Positions 1-12,634 of a stretch of DNA of 64,000 nt are shown one piece after another. Position numbers and translations under genes: made by a program. The stretch comes from Epiperipatus broadwayi (lineage: Eukaryota > Animalia > Onychophora). Numbering within the stretch: position 1 is the first letter of the stretch; each line of letters starts with the position of its first letter. Under the pieces are notes generated by a model. It saw only the letters and a list, made by a program, of their open reading frames with translations, ran no database searches and was not told the origin of the DNA. The stretch spans positions 7,440,001 through 7,504,000 of the forward strand of contig JAQFVV010000005.1 in assembly GCA_028023455.1 (NCBI GenBank), read 5' to 3'.

Positions 1-2298
1 AATGAAGAAGAATAGAAATAAAGATAATTGGAAAAAGTAAATAAATTTCAAGATGCATTTCATGCTGAATCAGCATTCTTCATTAGACTATAATTTATAT
101 TATTTTAAACTAATATATACATTTTAACATGGATTAAAGATTTATATATCTATTATTCTTAAACACATAAGGAATAATAAATCATCTATGTTCTTTATTA
201 CTTTGTACAGCAATGCAATAAGAAAGATAAACTTATAATACTTCACATAAGGAAGAATTAAATCAATTTATTAAGATGTCTTTATTCAAATAATTAATTT
301 GAATTTTAAAAGTATATTATTATATATGAAAATATTGTAGTGGTGTTGAAATGATTATTTGATTAGGGTTTTAATAATAATAGATATATTTATTTTTAAT
401 TAAAGTTTATAGAGTATGTCTTGGCTAAAAATAATTGATAAATTCTGACTTAATAAATAGCAAGTTTAGTATCTTCATAATAAATTATAATAATTTGATA
501 TTTGTAAATACTAAGCAAGAATAGTAAAGACATGAGATATTATTACCTGGAATTATCTTTTTCAAATGTTTTTATTCGAGCTATTAATTTGCATTAATAC
601 ACATGAAAAAATGGGGAATGGCATTGAATTAATAATTTTATGTGGTAGTGGTTAAGAATAATAGACATATTAATCTGTCATTAAAGTTTATGATGAATAC
701 ACTGACTAACAATAACATGATAATTTCTAGTGTAATAAATAATTAGTAATGATTATTAAAGTATTTATCAGAAGAAGATAATGTCAAAGTTGTGTGTGAA
801 GTAAATTTGGAATATTCTCAAAATAAATTGTAATAATTTGATATACATAAATATTGAGCAAGCATAATAAGGACATGTGAGAAATAGTAACTTCAATTGA
901 AGAGTGTTGGATATGCAAGAATGCATTTTTAATTTCATTTATCATTGTCAGATGTCTTTATTCAATTTCAGTACTTATATATTAGACCTTCTATGCTTTT
1001 TCACATCCATGTCATTCCACCAATAAATTTCTAACCTTGCAAACCCATCAAATAAACCGTGTGATCTCATTAAATAATGTGAACACGTAAACTTCTGATA
1101 AACTCGTGACAAATTTGTATACAAAAATAATAAAAACATATGAAACTAAATAAAAACAGGTAGTTGTCAATGAATTTTTAATATGACAGTCTGCCAATGC
1201 AACCACCTCACCTCCACACACTGGAAAAAATTATTACATTCTGCTATCGCAAACAAAATGTGGAAGAGTGTTTGACAAATTATTCAGACTGCTGGAAAGC
1301 ATATAAAACTGAGGAACTGCAATCTGCTGAATATGAACATTTTCATGTATTGGAGAGCATATAAAACTTAGAAACTATGATCTGCTGGTGTCAATCATAG
1401 ATGAAGCTTTTCTTTGCATTCTGGACAATATGAAAAAAAGCAATTCCATTTTAATAAAAGTTTACTAATTTTTTTTTTGTTTTTTTTTCTAACAAAATAA
1501 ATGTAATTAGACACATTTCTTAATCAAGATCACATGCTGGTGTTATATCGCATAAACACGTGGTTTAATTCTATATTTGAGCCAGTCTTAGGATTTTTTT
1601 TAAAAATCTATCCATTTTTGTTATTTTCTGCTATAGTTAATAGACATAGTATTTTTATTTATTTGCTTTACTATTCATTTTGTATTTAAAATAGTTATTA
1701 TTTTGGATTTGTTAGTATCATTATTAAAATGTTGGCAATTGCTGCCCACTACTGAGGAAGCTGTACCTAAAATGAAGTACTAGTGGTCAGAGATCTGCAT
1801 GATTGTTTCATCATGAAAATTCCTGTTATATATTCACAGTAAGAATGTTTTAATTTTAAGTGAGTGAATAGATGATGTAGTAGTAAATTAATTTTTTTGA
1901 TTTTGCTTATGCTGTATTTTTTTTTTGTAATTTTGCTTTACTGTTCATTTTGTAATTTCATACCAGAGTACATAGTACTTTTTAATTGTAAGTAAAATTT
2001 GGGAATTGCTGCCTGTGTTTGCGATGGCAGAATACCAAACTTTTCTCCAATGGGGAGGAGGTGGTAATGGTTGTGATGGTAGAATGCCATATTACAAACT
2101 CACAACTGACTGTTTTTATTTAGTATTGTAATGTATTTTTATTATTTTTGAGTACAAATTTATACTTTTCATATTGTTAAAAATGTTATTTTTCAGGTTT
2201 ACATATTAGTCTGGAGGATTGGTATTACAAATTAGAGCTATTGTGACATTTCACATATGTATTGGTCTGCTGATAATTTTCTAACCTTGTAAAAATAT

Positions 2299-2558
2299 TA
2301 AGCATCACATGATCACATTTCCTATACTAGCACATTAATTGTTGATAAACAGAGGGTTGCATTAGATCCTAAGATCTAGATGCAGTGCTCTCAGATCCAA
2401 AGCTCTTCACTGACGAAGGCCACAAGCCAGAAACTAGTCTGGGGATATTGGATGAGTAGGCATTAGATAGGGATTTTATGCACAAGCCTTCTGGCATCCA
2501 TTGATTACTCTGTTTAGCACAGGTGGCAATACTGTATGGGGAGTTTTGCTCTGTTTAT
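2299..2558 (+). mobile_element. HHR-bearing non-coding element, family A, locus 1 (short inverted tail piece plus partial unit)
   Basis: 13-bp TSD cttgtaaaaatat at 2286-2298 and 2559-2571; sequence matches other family A loci. Confidence 0.85.
2395..2453 (+). ncRNA. Minimal type-I hammerhead ribozyme motif (family A)
   Basis: CUGACGA(2410-2416)-A-GGC-cacaa-GCC-A-GAAA(2430-2433)-C-UA-GUC(2437-2439); stem I cuuca/ugggg extended by auccaa/uuggau; palindromic ACUAGU in stem III. Confidence 0.75.
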
Positions 2559-3484
2559 CTTGTAAAAATATCATGAAATAACGTTTACATGGAGTCCATT
2601 TTTATAATTTTATTATTTAAGTTTATCAGAAGTTCCAGTGTACACATTATTTGAGAGATTACAAGATGCGAAAGTTATCTGTGGACTGATATATATGTGA
2701 AATGTTACAGCAAATCTAATACATAAGTACTCTTTATTCACATGATTAATTTGAATGTTTTAAATTTATATCTATATGTGTATTGACAAATTGTGAGTTA
2801 TTATACATAAATAAAGAATCAGCACATGCATAATAATAAAGAGACAGTAATAGAACTAATGCTTTTCTTTATCATTAGAGTTTTTATGTTTTTAGCATAT
2901 TTTTTAAAAATTAGCAAAATATTTTTCTAGAATCTTCAAACAGTATATATATATGTTGAATTAAATATTTTTCATGGATTGTTATTATAATAAAGAGTGG
3001 AAATGAGAGATAATATCTATGTAAATAGAAAATAACCTTTAACCTTTCAATTACTTGCAGAATGACAAGAAAAATGCTATTTTATATTCTCACACCTATA
3101 AAAATAGTTTTCTGGGTTTAAATTCATATAAGAACTTGGATCTGAAGTAAAAGTGGACTCCTTTTACTTCAATAAAAACTGAAACAAAAGAGCTATTATA
3201 GTTAATAGACAAACTGGTTTGATCTCGGGGATTGTCAATTAGTAATAATTGATAATTGCTTGGTAATATCAAAGGTTAAAGATTATTTTTGATTTACATG
3301 GATATTATCTCATTTCCTTTCTTTATTATATATATACAAACATTTTATCAATAGTCTTTTTAAAAATAAAATTATATATTTCTTTCTGGATGAATAATAA
3401 AATAAATCTTAGGCAATAATATTTGAGTAACAATAATTTTAAATAATGTTTGTAATTCAGCATATGTAGTAATCATATTTTGAT

Positions 3485-4010
3485 TTATTTAGGTAATTTC
3501 TAGTGCATTAGACTACTTTGAAGATTGGTTCATGGGATTATTAATACCAATTGGACATTTGTATAAAAAGAGAATAATAGAAGAAAAATGAGCCACTGGC
3601 TCACCAATGGAATTTTAGAAGTATTATCAGGAGACTTTGTTGCCAGGCCTTAGTATTTATAATTAAAATATTTGTTCAGTGGTCATATTTTAATAACGTT
3701 GATCACAATATCATATCTAACTCCCAATAAAACATTTTCAAAATGGAAGAAAGTCTTATTTTTAAAAAAGTTTAATAGCACAAATGATTTCAAATAATAA
3801 AGTTTATTGTTAAAGATTACAACATGCTTGATATTCTAATATATCTTATTTCCTCCATCTTAAAATATTTCAAAGTTTTTACAAAGCACATTAATTCTAA
3901 TGTATTTATTCATTGATATGCATATTTTACTTAGTGAACTGGAGATCATAAAAGATAACAATATATCTCTAACAAAATTACCAAGGTTTAAGATAAATTT
4001 TAATGTATTC
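3485..4010 (+). repeat. Upstream flank of ZNF paralog 1, homologous to ~25015-25530 upstream of paralog 2 (possibly a non-coding exon)
   Basis: Colinear matches, e.g. tttaggtaatttcta..gactactttgaagattg vs tttaggtgatttcta..gactacattaaagattg; aactggag..aaaattaccaaggttta vs aactggag..aaaattacaaaggttta. Confidence 0.7.
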
Positions 4011-4600
4011 TATTGACCAATGATTTCATGTAGTTTATAAATAGTAATTATAATTTATATAAAGAGATAAACATATTTAGTGGAAATATGTTGAACTAAG
4101 GATTATTTGTATTTAATAGCTTAAATAAATTTAGCTATTATTTTACTTTGATAGAATTTTCATTAATAGATTTGTAGATGGTGATATTTGTTTTATTATA
4201 AAATCATACATCTTTAAATTATATGAATCAATAAAAAAATTCTATCACAAATATAATTGCAAAAAAGAAAGAAAATAAAAATATTACTGAATACAAATAT
4301 TTATCTGTAAAGTTTTTATAACTTTCTTTAAAAAAATACATTGACCTGTATAAAAAACCTATGCATCACAGTATTTCTTTTTACAAAATTTAAATACAAT
4401 ATTAAACTTATAAGTTGTTATCCTTAATATATTTACAGAAGCCAAACAGTAAACTACAATAACTTTTACAAAAAAAAAAAACAAATAGAGAAATAGACTG
4501 ATAAAACAGAATATAGAATAAAACTGAGAACATTGCATTTAATGAAACATTTCTTACAATGTGGAATCAATGAATGCTTATTTGTCAGAACTAATTTAAA

Positions 4601-5665
4601 ATGCAAGACAAAAATAACAAAACGATTACAGAATCTAATATAATAATATTTGACAACAATTATGCAAGTAAGAGAGCTTTCCAATGTAGTTATTGTGATT
4701 TCAAGGCTTCTCTAAAATGTGGTCTAGTAAGTCATGAACGAATTCATGCAGGAAAACTAACCTTTCAATGTAGTCTGTGCTCATACAGAACTGCTGATAT
4801 TTATTCATTGACCGTACATGAGAAAATTCATGCAGGTGAAAAACCTCTCCAATGTAGTCTGTGCGATTGGAAAACGGCAGTAAATTATAGATTATTAGAA
4901 CATTTAAAACTTCATTCAGGAGAAAAACCTTTCCAATGTAGTCAATGTGATTATAAAACCCTTAGGAAAAGGCATTTAAAAATACATAAAAGAATTCATA
5001 CAGGAGAAAGACCTTACCAATGTAGCATGTGTGATTACAAGACCACCATGAAACACCGTGTTAAAGAGCATGAAAGACGCCATATCGAAGAAAAGCATTT
5101 CAAGTGCAGCCAATGTGATTATAGGGCATCTGCAAGATATACTATAGAATGCCATTTAAAAACTCATTCAGGAGAAGGATTTTTAAATTGTAGTCATTGT
5201 GATTATAAAACTCATCAGAAATCTCATTTAAAAAAACATGAGAAAATCTGTACTAGAAAAATCCCTTTTCAATGCAGCTTATGTGATTACACAGCATTTT
5301 CTAAATATTGGTTAATAATACATGAACGAATTCATACAGGAGAAAGACCCTATCAGTGCAATACATGCAATTACAAAGCTGTTACTAAATCCTGTTTAAC
5401 TACACATGAAAAAATCCATATAAAAGAAAAATATTTTCAATACAGTTCTTCTGATTCTAAAGATACTATACAAAATAGTCTAAAGAAAAATAATTATTCT
5501 TCACAGTTTGGTCTTGAAAAAAATTCCTTAGAAAAAGAATTTATTTGTAAGGAAGATGGTTGTTTGTGTGGTTACAAAGCCATTGATAATAATGACATGA
5601 AAATTCATATAAATAGTCATTTTAATAATGTTGAAACTTTTAAGATTTACATGATATTGTCATGA
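4601..5665 (+). CDS. C2H2 zinc-finger array protein (about 9 tandem fingers plus an atypical C-terminal finger), paralog 1
   Basis: 354-aa ORF with repeated CxxC-x12-HxxxH units and TGE(K/R)P linkers; finger 7 ends in C (C2HC); no KRAB/BTB/ZAD domain visible; possible acceptor ttatttgtcag just upstream of the ATG. Confidence 0.9.
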   Translation: MQDKNNKTITESNIIIFDNNYASKRAFQCSYCDFKASLKCGLVSHERIHAGKLTFQCSLCSYRTADIYSLTVHEKIHAGEKPLQCSLCDWKTAVNYRLLEHLKLHSGEKPFQCSQCDYKTLRKRHLKIHKRIHTGERPYQCSMCDYKTTMKHRVKEHERRHIEEKHFKCSQCDYRASARYTIECHLKTHSGEGFLNCSHCDYKTHQKSHLKKHEKICTRKIPFQCSLCDYTAFSKYWLIIHERIHTGERPYQCNTCNYKAVTKSCLTTHEKIHIKEKYFQYSSSDSKDTIQNSLKKNNYSSQFGLEKNSLEKEFICKEDGCLCGYKAIDNNDMKIHINSHFNNVETFKIYMILS

Positions 5666-5929
5666 GTAATATTTCTTACAGGAACAGTTTGTTTTAAAAT
5701 GGCAGGACAATCTTTATAATTCCACCATTTTATTGATGAAGTTGGTTGTAGACCGCAATTGATTCATAAGATAATTATTGTGCTGTGTTTTGTCCTTCTG
5801 TCATAATAAACAGTTCAAATGATAAGTGTAAAATAATGAAAACATAACAGGAAATTTCTTATTATAATTTAACCTCTCTGTCATGGGTCACATATATTCT
5901 AAATAAGAAGAGTTATGTATTTGAAAAAA

Positions 5930-7365
5930 ACTTTGAATGATTTAATTTTTTTTAAAGGTAAGTCATAATGTGTTAATAAATTAAAAAAATAAATTTGTAA
6001 GAAATGAAAAGTTTTGTTTCTTTAATTCTTTTTGAAATATAATTCGAAAATAAAACTAATTATTTTCAACATATTAAATGTTAACAAATGAAAAAAAAAC
6101 CCACTTTAGACAATGGGAGAGTTTTGTAAAGGTGTTTCTTTTTTCCTATTGCTGCAAAGGTTGCTATGGAGATTTTGACTGTTGCTAGGCAACAAAAATA
6201 AACTTTATAATTTGCCATATCTGTTTTTTATCAGTTTGCCATTAGCAGCTGTGAAAATGATTTTTACTCATTTATTTACCATTTTGACCTCATCTTTCTG
6301 AAAATGTAGCTAGTCATTATGGAGCTGTGTTATACTCAAATACTGAAAGTAAACATCTAATTATATATACCAATGTTGGATTTTATTTGCAACACTAATA
6401 AAATATAAACAAAAGAAATAAAAGTAGTCAACCATGAATTACAACAAGAAATAATGTATTAAAGAAGAGAATGCATATATATTAAGTATCTATCTGGTTT
6501 TCTACATTAAAAAGCACAAATAAAAGAAATCTATTGTCAGGAAAATCTTCAAGTTCTACCATTTACACACATATGTGAAACTATGATAAGATGTAAATAA
6601 CGATCACAAATCTCACTGTTAAGTGGACACTTAATACTTAAAATCACTCATTGAGCTCAACAGAGAAACAAAGTAAAAGAATGATTGTATTAAATAAAAA
6701 GTAAATTGATTTACAATGTTTAAAATAACTTTGTTGGCAAAAGAGTCATTTTCTTATTAAGTCAGATTTAATACTTAGATTTTTTTTTTTAATTACATGA
6801 TTAAGTTTATGTGATATAAAACAATGAGAAACATCAATTTTACAATTATTACCATGTTAATTACATAAGCCTAGGAATTGTGAAATTACTCAAGTTTGGG
6901 AGAAATTAAAGATATATCTATCCTTGATTGATTTTTTCAATTCATTTTAAATAGTTTTTGTTGTATATATTTATTTTTTATTGATTGTGTACATATGTAA
7001 ATATAAGAGAATTTAAATTGTGTATATCTTATTGTTGTTATTATTGTAAATAAATAAATTATTATTTAAGCATTCTTTCTCATCAATTTTTGATCAGGTA
7101 CACAAGTATTTTATTTTAATATCTAGAGTAGAATTTATCTTGATATAGCATTTTTGATAGCTACTTTAAACATTTAACTAATAAAATAATAATATATATG
7201 TCAGGTGGGTGATGGTCAGGAAATGTATTTGATGTCAGCTTTAATCTGGTCATTATCCATGGCTATAATGAAATAGGATAAAATTTTAGGTTATGGTCAC
7301 TCCATCTTGTACAGGTTGCTGCTGTTCATATTCATAATAACAAATGGTTAAGTGTTTTATGATTC
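5930..7365 (+). repeat. 3' flank of ZNF paralog 1, duplicated (diverged) at ~9700-11160 and continuing at 15700-15729 and 16646-16670
   Basis: Colinear blocks such as gaaaatcttcaagtt, aagtggacacttaata, tctcatcaatttttgat, ttgatatagcatttttgata, tctggtcattatc, aataacaaatggt(t/c)aagtg. Confidence 0.85.
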
Positions 7366-7367
7366 TT

Positions 7368-7596
7368 TTACATTTGGGGGCCAGAGTCTGGGATAATCTT
7401 AATCTACCACAAACATGGATTGACCCCACTTCAATTTCAAAATATTAATATTTGAAATTTTTTATATACTATATCTTATTATTACATTTGGGGGCCAGAG
7501 TTTGGGATAATCTTAATCTACCACAAACATGGATTGACCCCACTTCAATTTCAAAATATTAATATTTGAAATTTTTTATATACTATATCTTATTAT
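7368..7596. repeat. Near-perfect 114-bp tandem duplication (2 copies)
   Basis: ttacatttgggggccagag... starts at 7368 and 7482; one visible substitution (gtctggg/gtttggg). Confidence 0.95.
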
Positions 7597-9699
7597 TTTA
7601 AACATGATTACTAATATAATAATAAATTACCTAATGAAATGTACAAAGTGACAAATAAATAACACTTGATCTGATGAGAAATGTGACAATTTTTTTTTTT
7701 TTGGAAATCAGTAAATAAATCTGTATATTAGTAGACAGTGTAATGGTAGGACAAGATAAATAGAAGTAATAGTTAGGCAAACAAATATCTAAGTAATAGC
7801 AAGATAATAAAAATATATACAAGGCAATAATAGAAAAAAGCTACCGAGTGGAAAAAGGTTGAGCACTCTAAGTCTAGTCTATTAGACCACTTTATTACAA
7901 CTTTTTTATATAATAATAATAATAATACATGATTATGAGAGCTATGGCAAAATACAGCTTTAGGAAAATAAAACAAGTTCCTTAGATTGTATTAATATAA
8001 GAGCATGTTTAAAGAAATTAGAGAAATAAAAAGGCAAATGGAAAAGCAAAATGAAGGGCCAAATAGAAAAACAAATTGAAGAAGTAAAAGACCAAATGGA
8101 GAATGGAAATGAGAGTGAATAAAACAGTAATTGAATGAAGAAATAATAAATAGGTTTAAAATTACTTGATAGAGCTAAAAAATAAAATCAATGAATAGGT
8201 CTTGGAGTCAAATTTAATAAAGATAAGCAGATAGGATTTATATGGTGTAATTCTGGAGTCAAAAGAGATAGAAACTAGCTCTCATTTGGATGAAACAAAT
8301 AAAATGAAAGATAAACCAAAGAGCATTAGTTAGGGATGATTGTAATATTGATATTATAAATAAATATAGCATTGATACAGAAGCCGTGGATGGTGATGTC
8401 TTATGGCTGAATATATGACTGAGAATGTGATATAAATGAGAACAAAAATGATTAATTTAGAAAATGAATTGTGCTGCTCAAATATTTAAATAATGGGTAA
8501 TGTAGAATGACAGGTTAAGAGAATTAAATATAGAAGTGTTTTGTCTAATAAGACTTACAAAAGAAAATGTACCATGAATCTAAAGACATTAAAGGTTATA
8601 GGATGAGAGAAAAATCTAAAAATTAAGGCAACTACTAAAAATTATTAAATTCAAATACTGATTCTGTGAAAGAAAAATGTTGAGTCGGAGAACAAATCTA
8701 AACTTAGGGAAATGATTCGGAGTGATCATGAGACATTGTTTAGGTCAACTCAAATAAGGATTCCCGTACCAATAAAGAAATAACTAGAAAGAGGTAAAGT
8801 TTAACATGTATGTGGATAAGAATGGCCTACTAAGTTGATGATCCTAGATGTGTTAAAGGGCAAATGATTTAGAGAAAGAAAAATATAAATTGTAAGGTTA
8901 TAGAAGTAAGATAGGGATATACACTGAAAATGACTATTAAAAAAACTAAATTTAATAAATTCATGAGTTTGTTGAAATTTATTTGTGTTGCTTTTAATAC
9001 CAATAATGGATAAAGGGAGTGCAATGTTTTCAGCACACTCCATAAAGTTGTTTTTCAGCACTATACCCATCCATATATTTATTTTTAGCAGTTACTAAAT
9101 CTCAAAAGTGAGTTAGGATTAATCCTGATAGTATATAATAGGCTCTAAATCATGAAATGAGCAAGGGCGTATTTGTGGGTTTCTTTCATGAACAATTGAT
9201 ATAATCCTATGTTGTGAACCACTTCCTCTAAGACTCTGAATAGAACAAGGCTTTATGCAAAATATGATTTTGTGATGATACATTATTATGGATCTTAAAT
9301 GAGATAGTCCTATTGGTATTTATGCTGCATTGCTTGCTTATTGTCACTGAATAATATCTTTGTCTATTCCAGCATTGTGAATAAATGATCAACTCTAATG
9401 ATTAACCCAAATTCTAATCTCTTCACAGAAAAAAATAATATTGAGTATGACAAAATTTTAGAAAATGCTATTTATATCAAAGATGACAATTTTTTTAATT
9501 AATACCAGCTTATAACTCTACTTTTAAAAAAGTGTGGCTAAGCATGATATTATTATAAATTACAAAAAAGAAAACTTATATAAAATTGACTGATGTCTAA
9601 TACTGAATAGATTCTGTTTTATTTCTCGGTGATATCTCTCTGTTTTGGGTTATATATATATAACCTCTAAACAAATAAAAAGAGATGCATTTTAAAAAA

Positions 9700-11161
9700 A
9701 TTAAAGGTTCAATTTTTTTTTAAAAAAAAAGTTATGTGTTAACAAATTAAAAAAGAAAATAATTTTGTAAAAAATGAAAAATTTAGTTTCTTTTTAAAAT
9801 ATAATTTGAAAATAAAATTAAATATTTTCAAAATATTAAATGTTAATAAAGAAAAGTAAAGCATACACAGATTAATCTTCAAATAATAGGAGATTATTTT
9901 ATAAAAGCTAATAGTAAATAGATAATATTGATATTTTGTAAAGGCATTTCTTTTTTACTATTGTGATGGCTGCTATAGAGATTTTGACTTGCTGTCAATA
10001 AAAAAATACTTCCTAGTTGGTCATTGCTTGTTTGTTAACCAGTGTTGTACTGTTCACAAATTAGCAACTTTGAAAATGATTTTTATTCAATTCTATTCAT
10101 ATTTATTCATCATGCTGATCTCATCTTTTTGAAAATCGGAAAACTGAAAATAAATGTCTAATTATAGCTATCAATTTTGGATTTTATTTGCAATGTTGTA
10201 ATAAAACCCAATATATATTTAAAATAAAAGAAATAATGTACTAAAGAAGATAAACATGCACACATTTTAAGTATCAATCTGGTTTTCTACATTACAAAGC
10301 AGAACTAAAAGAAAGCAATTGTTAAGAAAATCTTCAAGTTTTATTATTTATACACTTACATGTGAAACCATGATGATACTTAAATAATGATCAGAAATAT
10401 CAATGAAAAGTGGACACTTAATATTTAAATGCAAGAGGAGGGCATCATGCATTTGTTGAGTTCAACAAAAACAAAAAATTTGATAAGGACTTTTAAATTC
10501 TCTATTAAATAAATAGTGACTTTACTTACAATGTTTAAAGTAATTTAGTTGGCAAAAGACATTTTCTTTTTGTTAGATTTAATACCTTGATATTCTTCTT
10601 AATTACATGGTTGAGTTTACATATGATATAAAAAGAATGAGAAACATTCATTTTAAACATTAGAGTATTTATTATTGTTAATCGCGGGGAATGTGAAATC
10701 TTTCAAGTTTGCAGAAAATTAAAGATATGTACTTGTTTGATTTTTCATGTTCATTTCAAAGTCTTTTGCTGTATATATTTAATTCTACTGACTGTATACA
10801 TATATAACTATAAGAGAAGTTAAATTGTTTATATATTTTTTGTTGTTAAAAATAAATTATTATTATTTGAGCATTGTTTCTCATCAATTTTTGATTGGAC
10901 AGACAGATATTTTAATATTTAGAGAATATATTTTGATATAGCATTTTTGATAAGGCTACTTTAAATATTTAACTAATAGAATAATATATATGGAGAATGG
11001 ATGATGAATAGGAAATATAACGATCTGAGTTGATAATAGTATCTAATGTAAGCTTCAGTCTGGTCATTATCTGTTACTAATCAAATGATAAATTTTTAGG
11101 TTGTAGTCATTCCATATTATTCACTGTTGCATGCTGATTATTGATAAGTGAATAATCATTT
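9700..11161 (+). repeat. Second copy of the ZNF 3' flank, with no zinc-finger ORF in front of it
   Basis: Colinear with 5930-7330; interrupted at 11170 by the hAT element. Confidence 0.8.
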
Positions 11162-12634
11162 TCCTAGAGCAAAGCTAGCAACCTAACGGACACATGCTAT
11201 GCTTCATGCATGGAACAATTATCAATGACACTGATTGAATTGAAATAGTAAAAAAATATTTATTTACAATGCATGGTTTGCATACCATGATTCAGTTCAG
11301 ACTGTGATCCATTATTTAAAACAAAGCTCATACAATTTTACATGTAAGTTCATGGTCCACATTCCCACCTACATTTTGTCCATTAGACACATAAATCCAT
11401 ATGTTTAGTGCAGGTCATGGTATGTTAAAATAAACATTATTATTAAGTAATATATTACCCCAAAATTACTCATAAAAAACAATAGCATGATGTTTACTCT
11501 TTTCTAGATTCTTAGATAAATGAATATAGATTTCTACAGAAAAAAATTGTATTGTGTGCATATGCTGTGAAAGTGTTGTGTGCTGTACTTCAAGTGTATA
11601 AATACATTATCAAACTAAACATCCCTTCCATATTTAAAAACTCTGATGAAAAAAGTGGAGCTATAAAAAGGGATAAAAGTAAAACTACCAAATGTAGTTA
11701 GTTATACAATTGCTCACTATATGACTTCAAAAACCAAACCCTTCGCAGATGGAGAATTCGTCAAAGAAACGTTTTTGAAAAAGTGCTGAAATCTTATTCA
11801 GTGATCTACCAAATAAACAATACAATCTCAAATTTGAGAAATACCAGCTTCTGCAGAATCAATTCAATGGTAAATAACTGACATGGCTGGAGATGTAACA
11901 ACAAAACAGAAAATTGGATTACAGTAAGCTGTGGTGTTCAGTGTTGCTTTTGATGAAAACACTGATGTAAATGATGTGGCACATCTAGCAATAGTTGCAC
12001 GATATTGTGACGATCATATTTATGAAGAATTGAGCTGCTTGCTTCCTCTTCCTGATACATGACATTTTCATTGCATTTATCAATTATTTTGGAAATCAGA
12101 AAATTGATGTAAATAAAATATTTAGTGTTATGAGTGATGCTGGCTGTGCAATGGTCTGAAAAAAAAGGGATTTTTTAAACTTACAGTAGGAAAATTTAGT
12201 TGCAAAAATCTCATCTCAGTGCTTAAATTCTGTATTGGACACTGAAGCTAAAGTAGTTAAGTTTCATAGTTTGTCATTCTTCATTAACACATAGGTAATT
12301 TAAGTTTCTTTTTGCAAGAAATGAATAATGTATATATGGACCTCTCATTATACAGCAATGTCTGCTGGATTACCTGAAGTAATATCTCGAACAGGTTTGT
12401 ATCATGTTTGGAAGAAATCAAGTTGTTTCTCAATGAAAAGAACATTTTCTGGAAATGAATGACAAAGACAGCTTATGCAAATTATGCAAATTGATGTTTC
12501 TAACTGATTTAACTCAACACCTGGATAACATAAACTTGCATTTGCAAGGAAAGGATCAAACAGTATTATAACATTTTGAATATTAAAAAGGACTTGCATC
12601 AAAATTTGATATATTTTAGCATGATATTACCATT

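Noticed and set aside
7368-7596. 114-bp repeat as CRISPR or retrozyme unit
   Set aside because: Two adjacent copies with no spacer and no ribozyme core; simple tandem duplication. No CRISPR-like array anywhere in the window.
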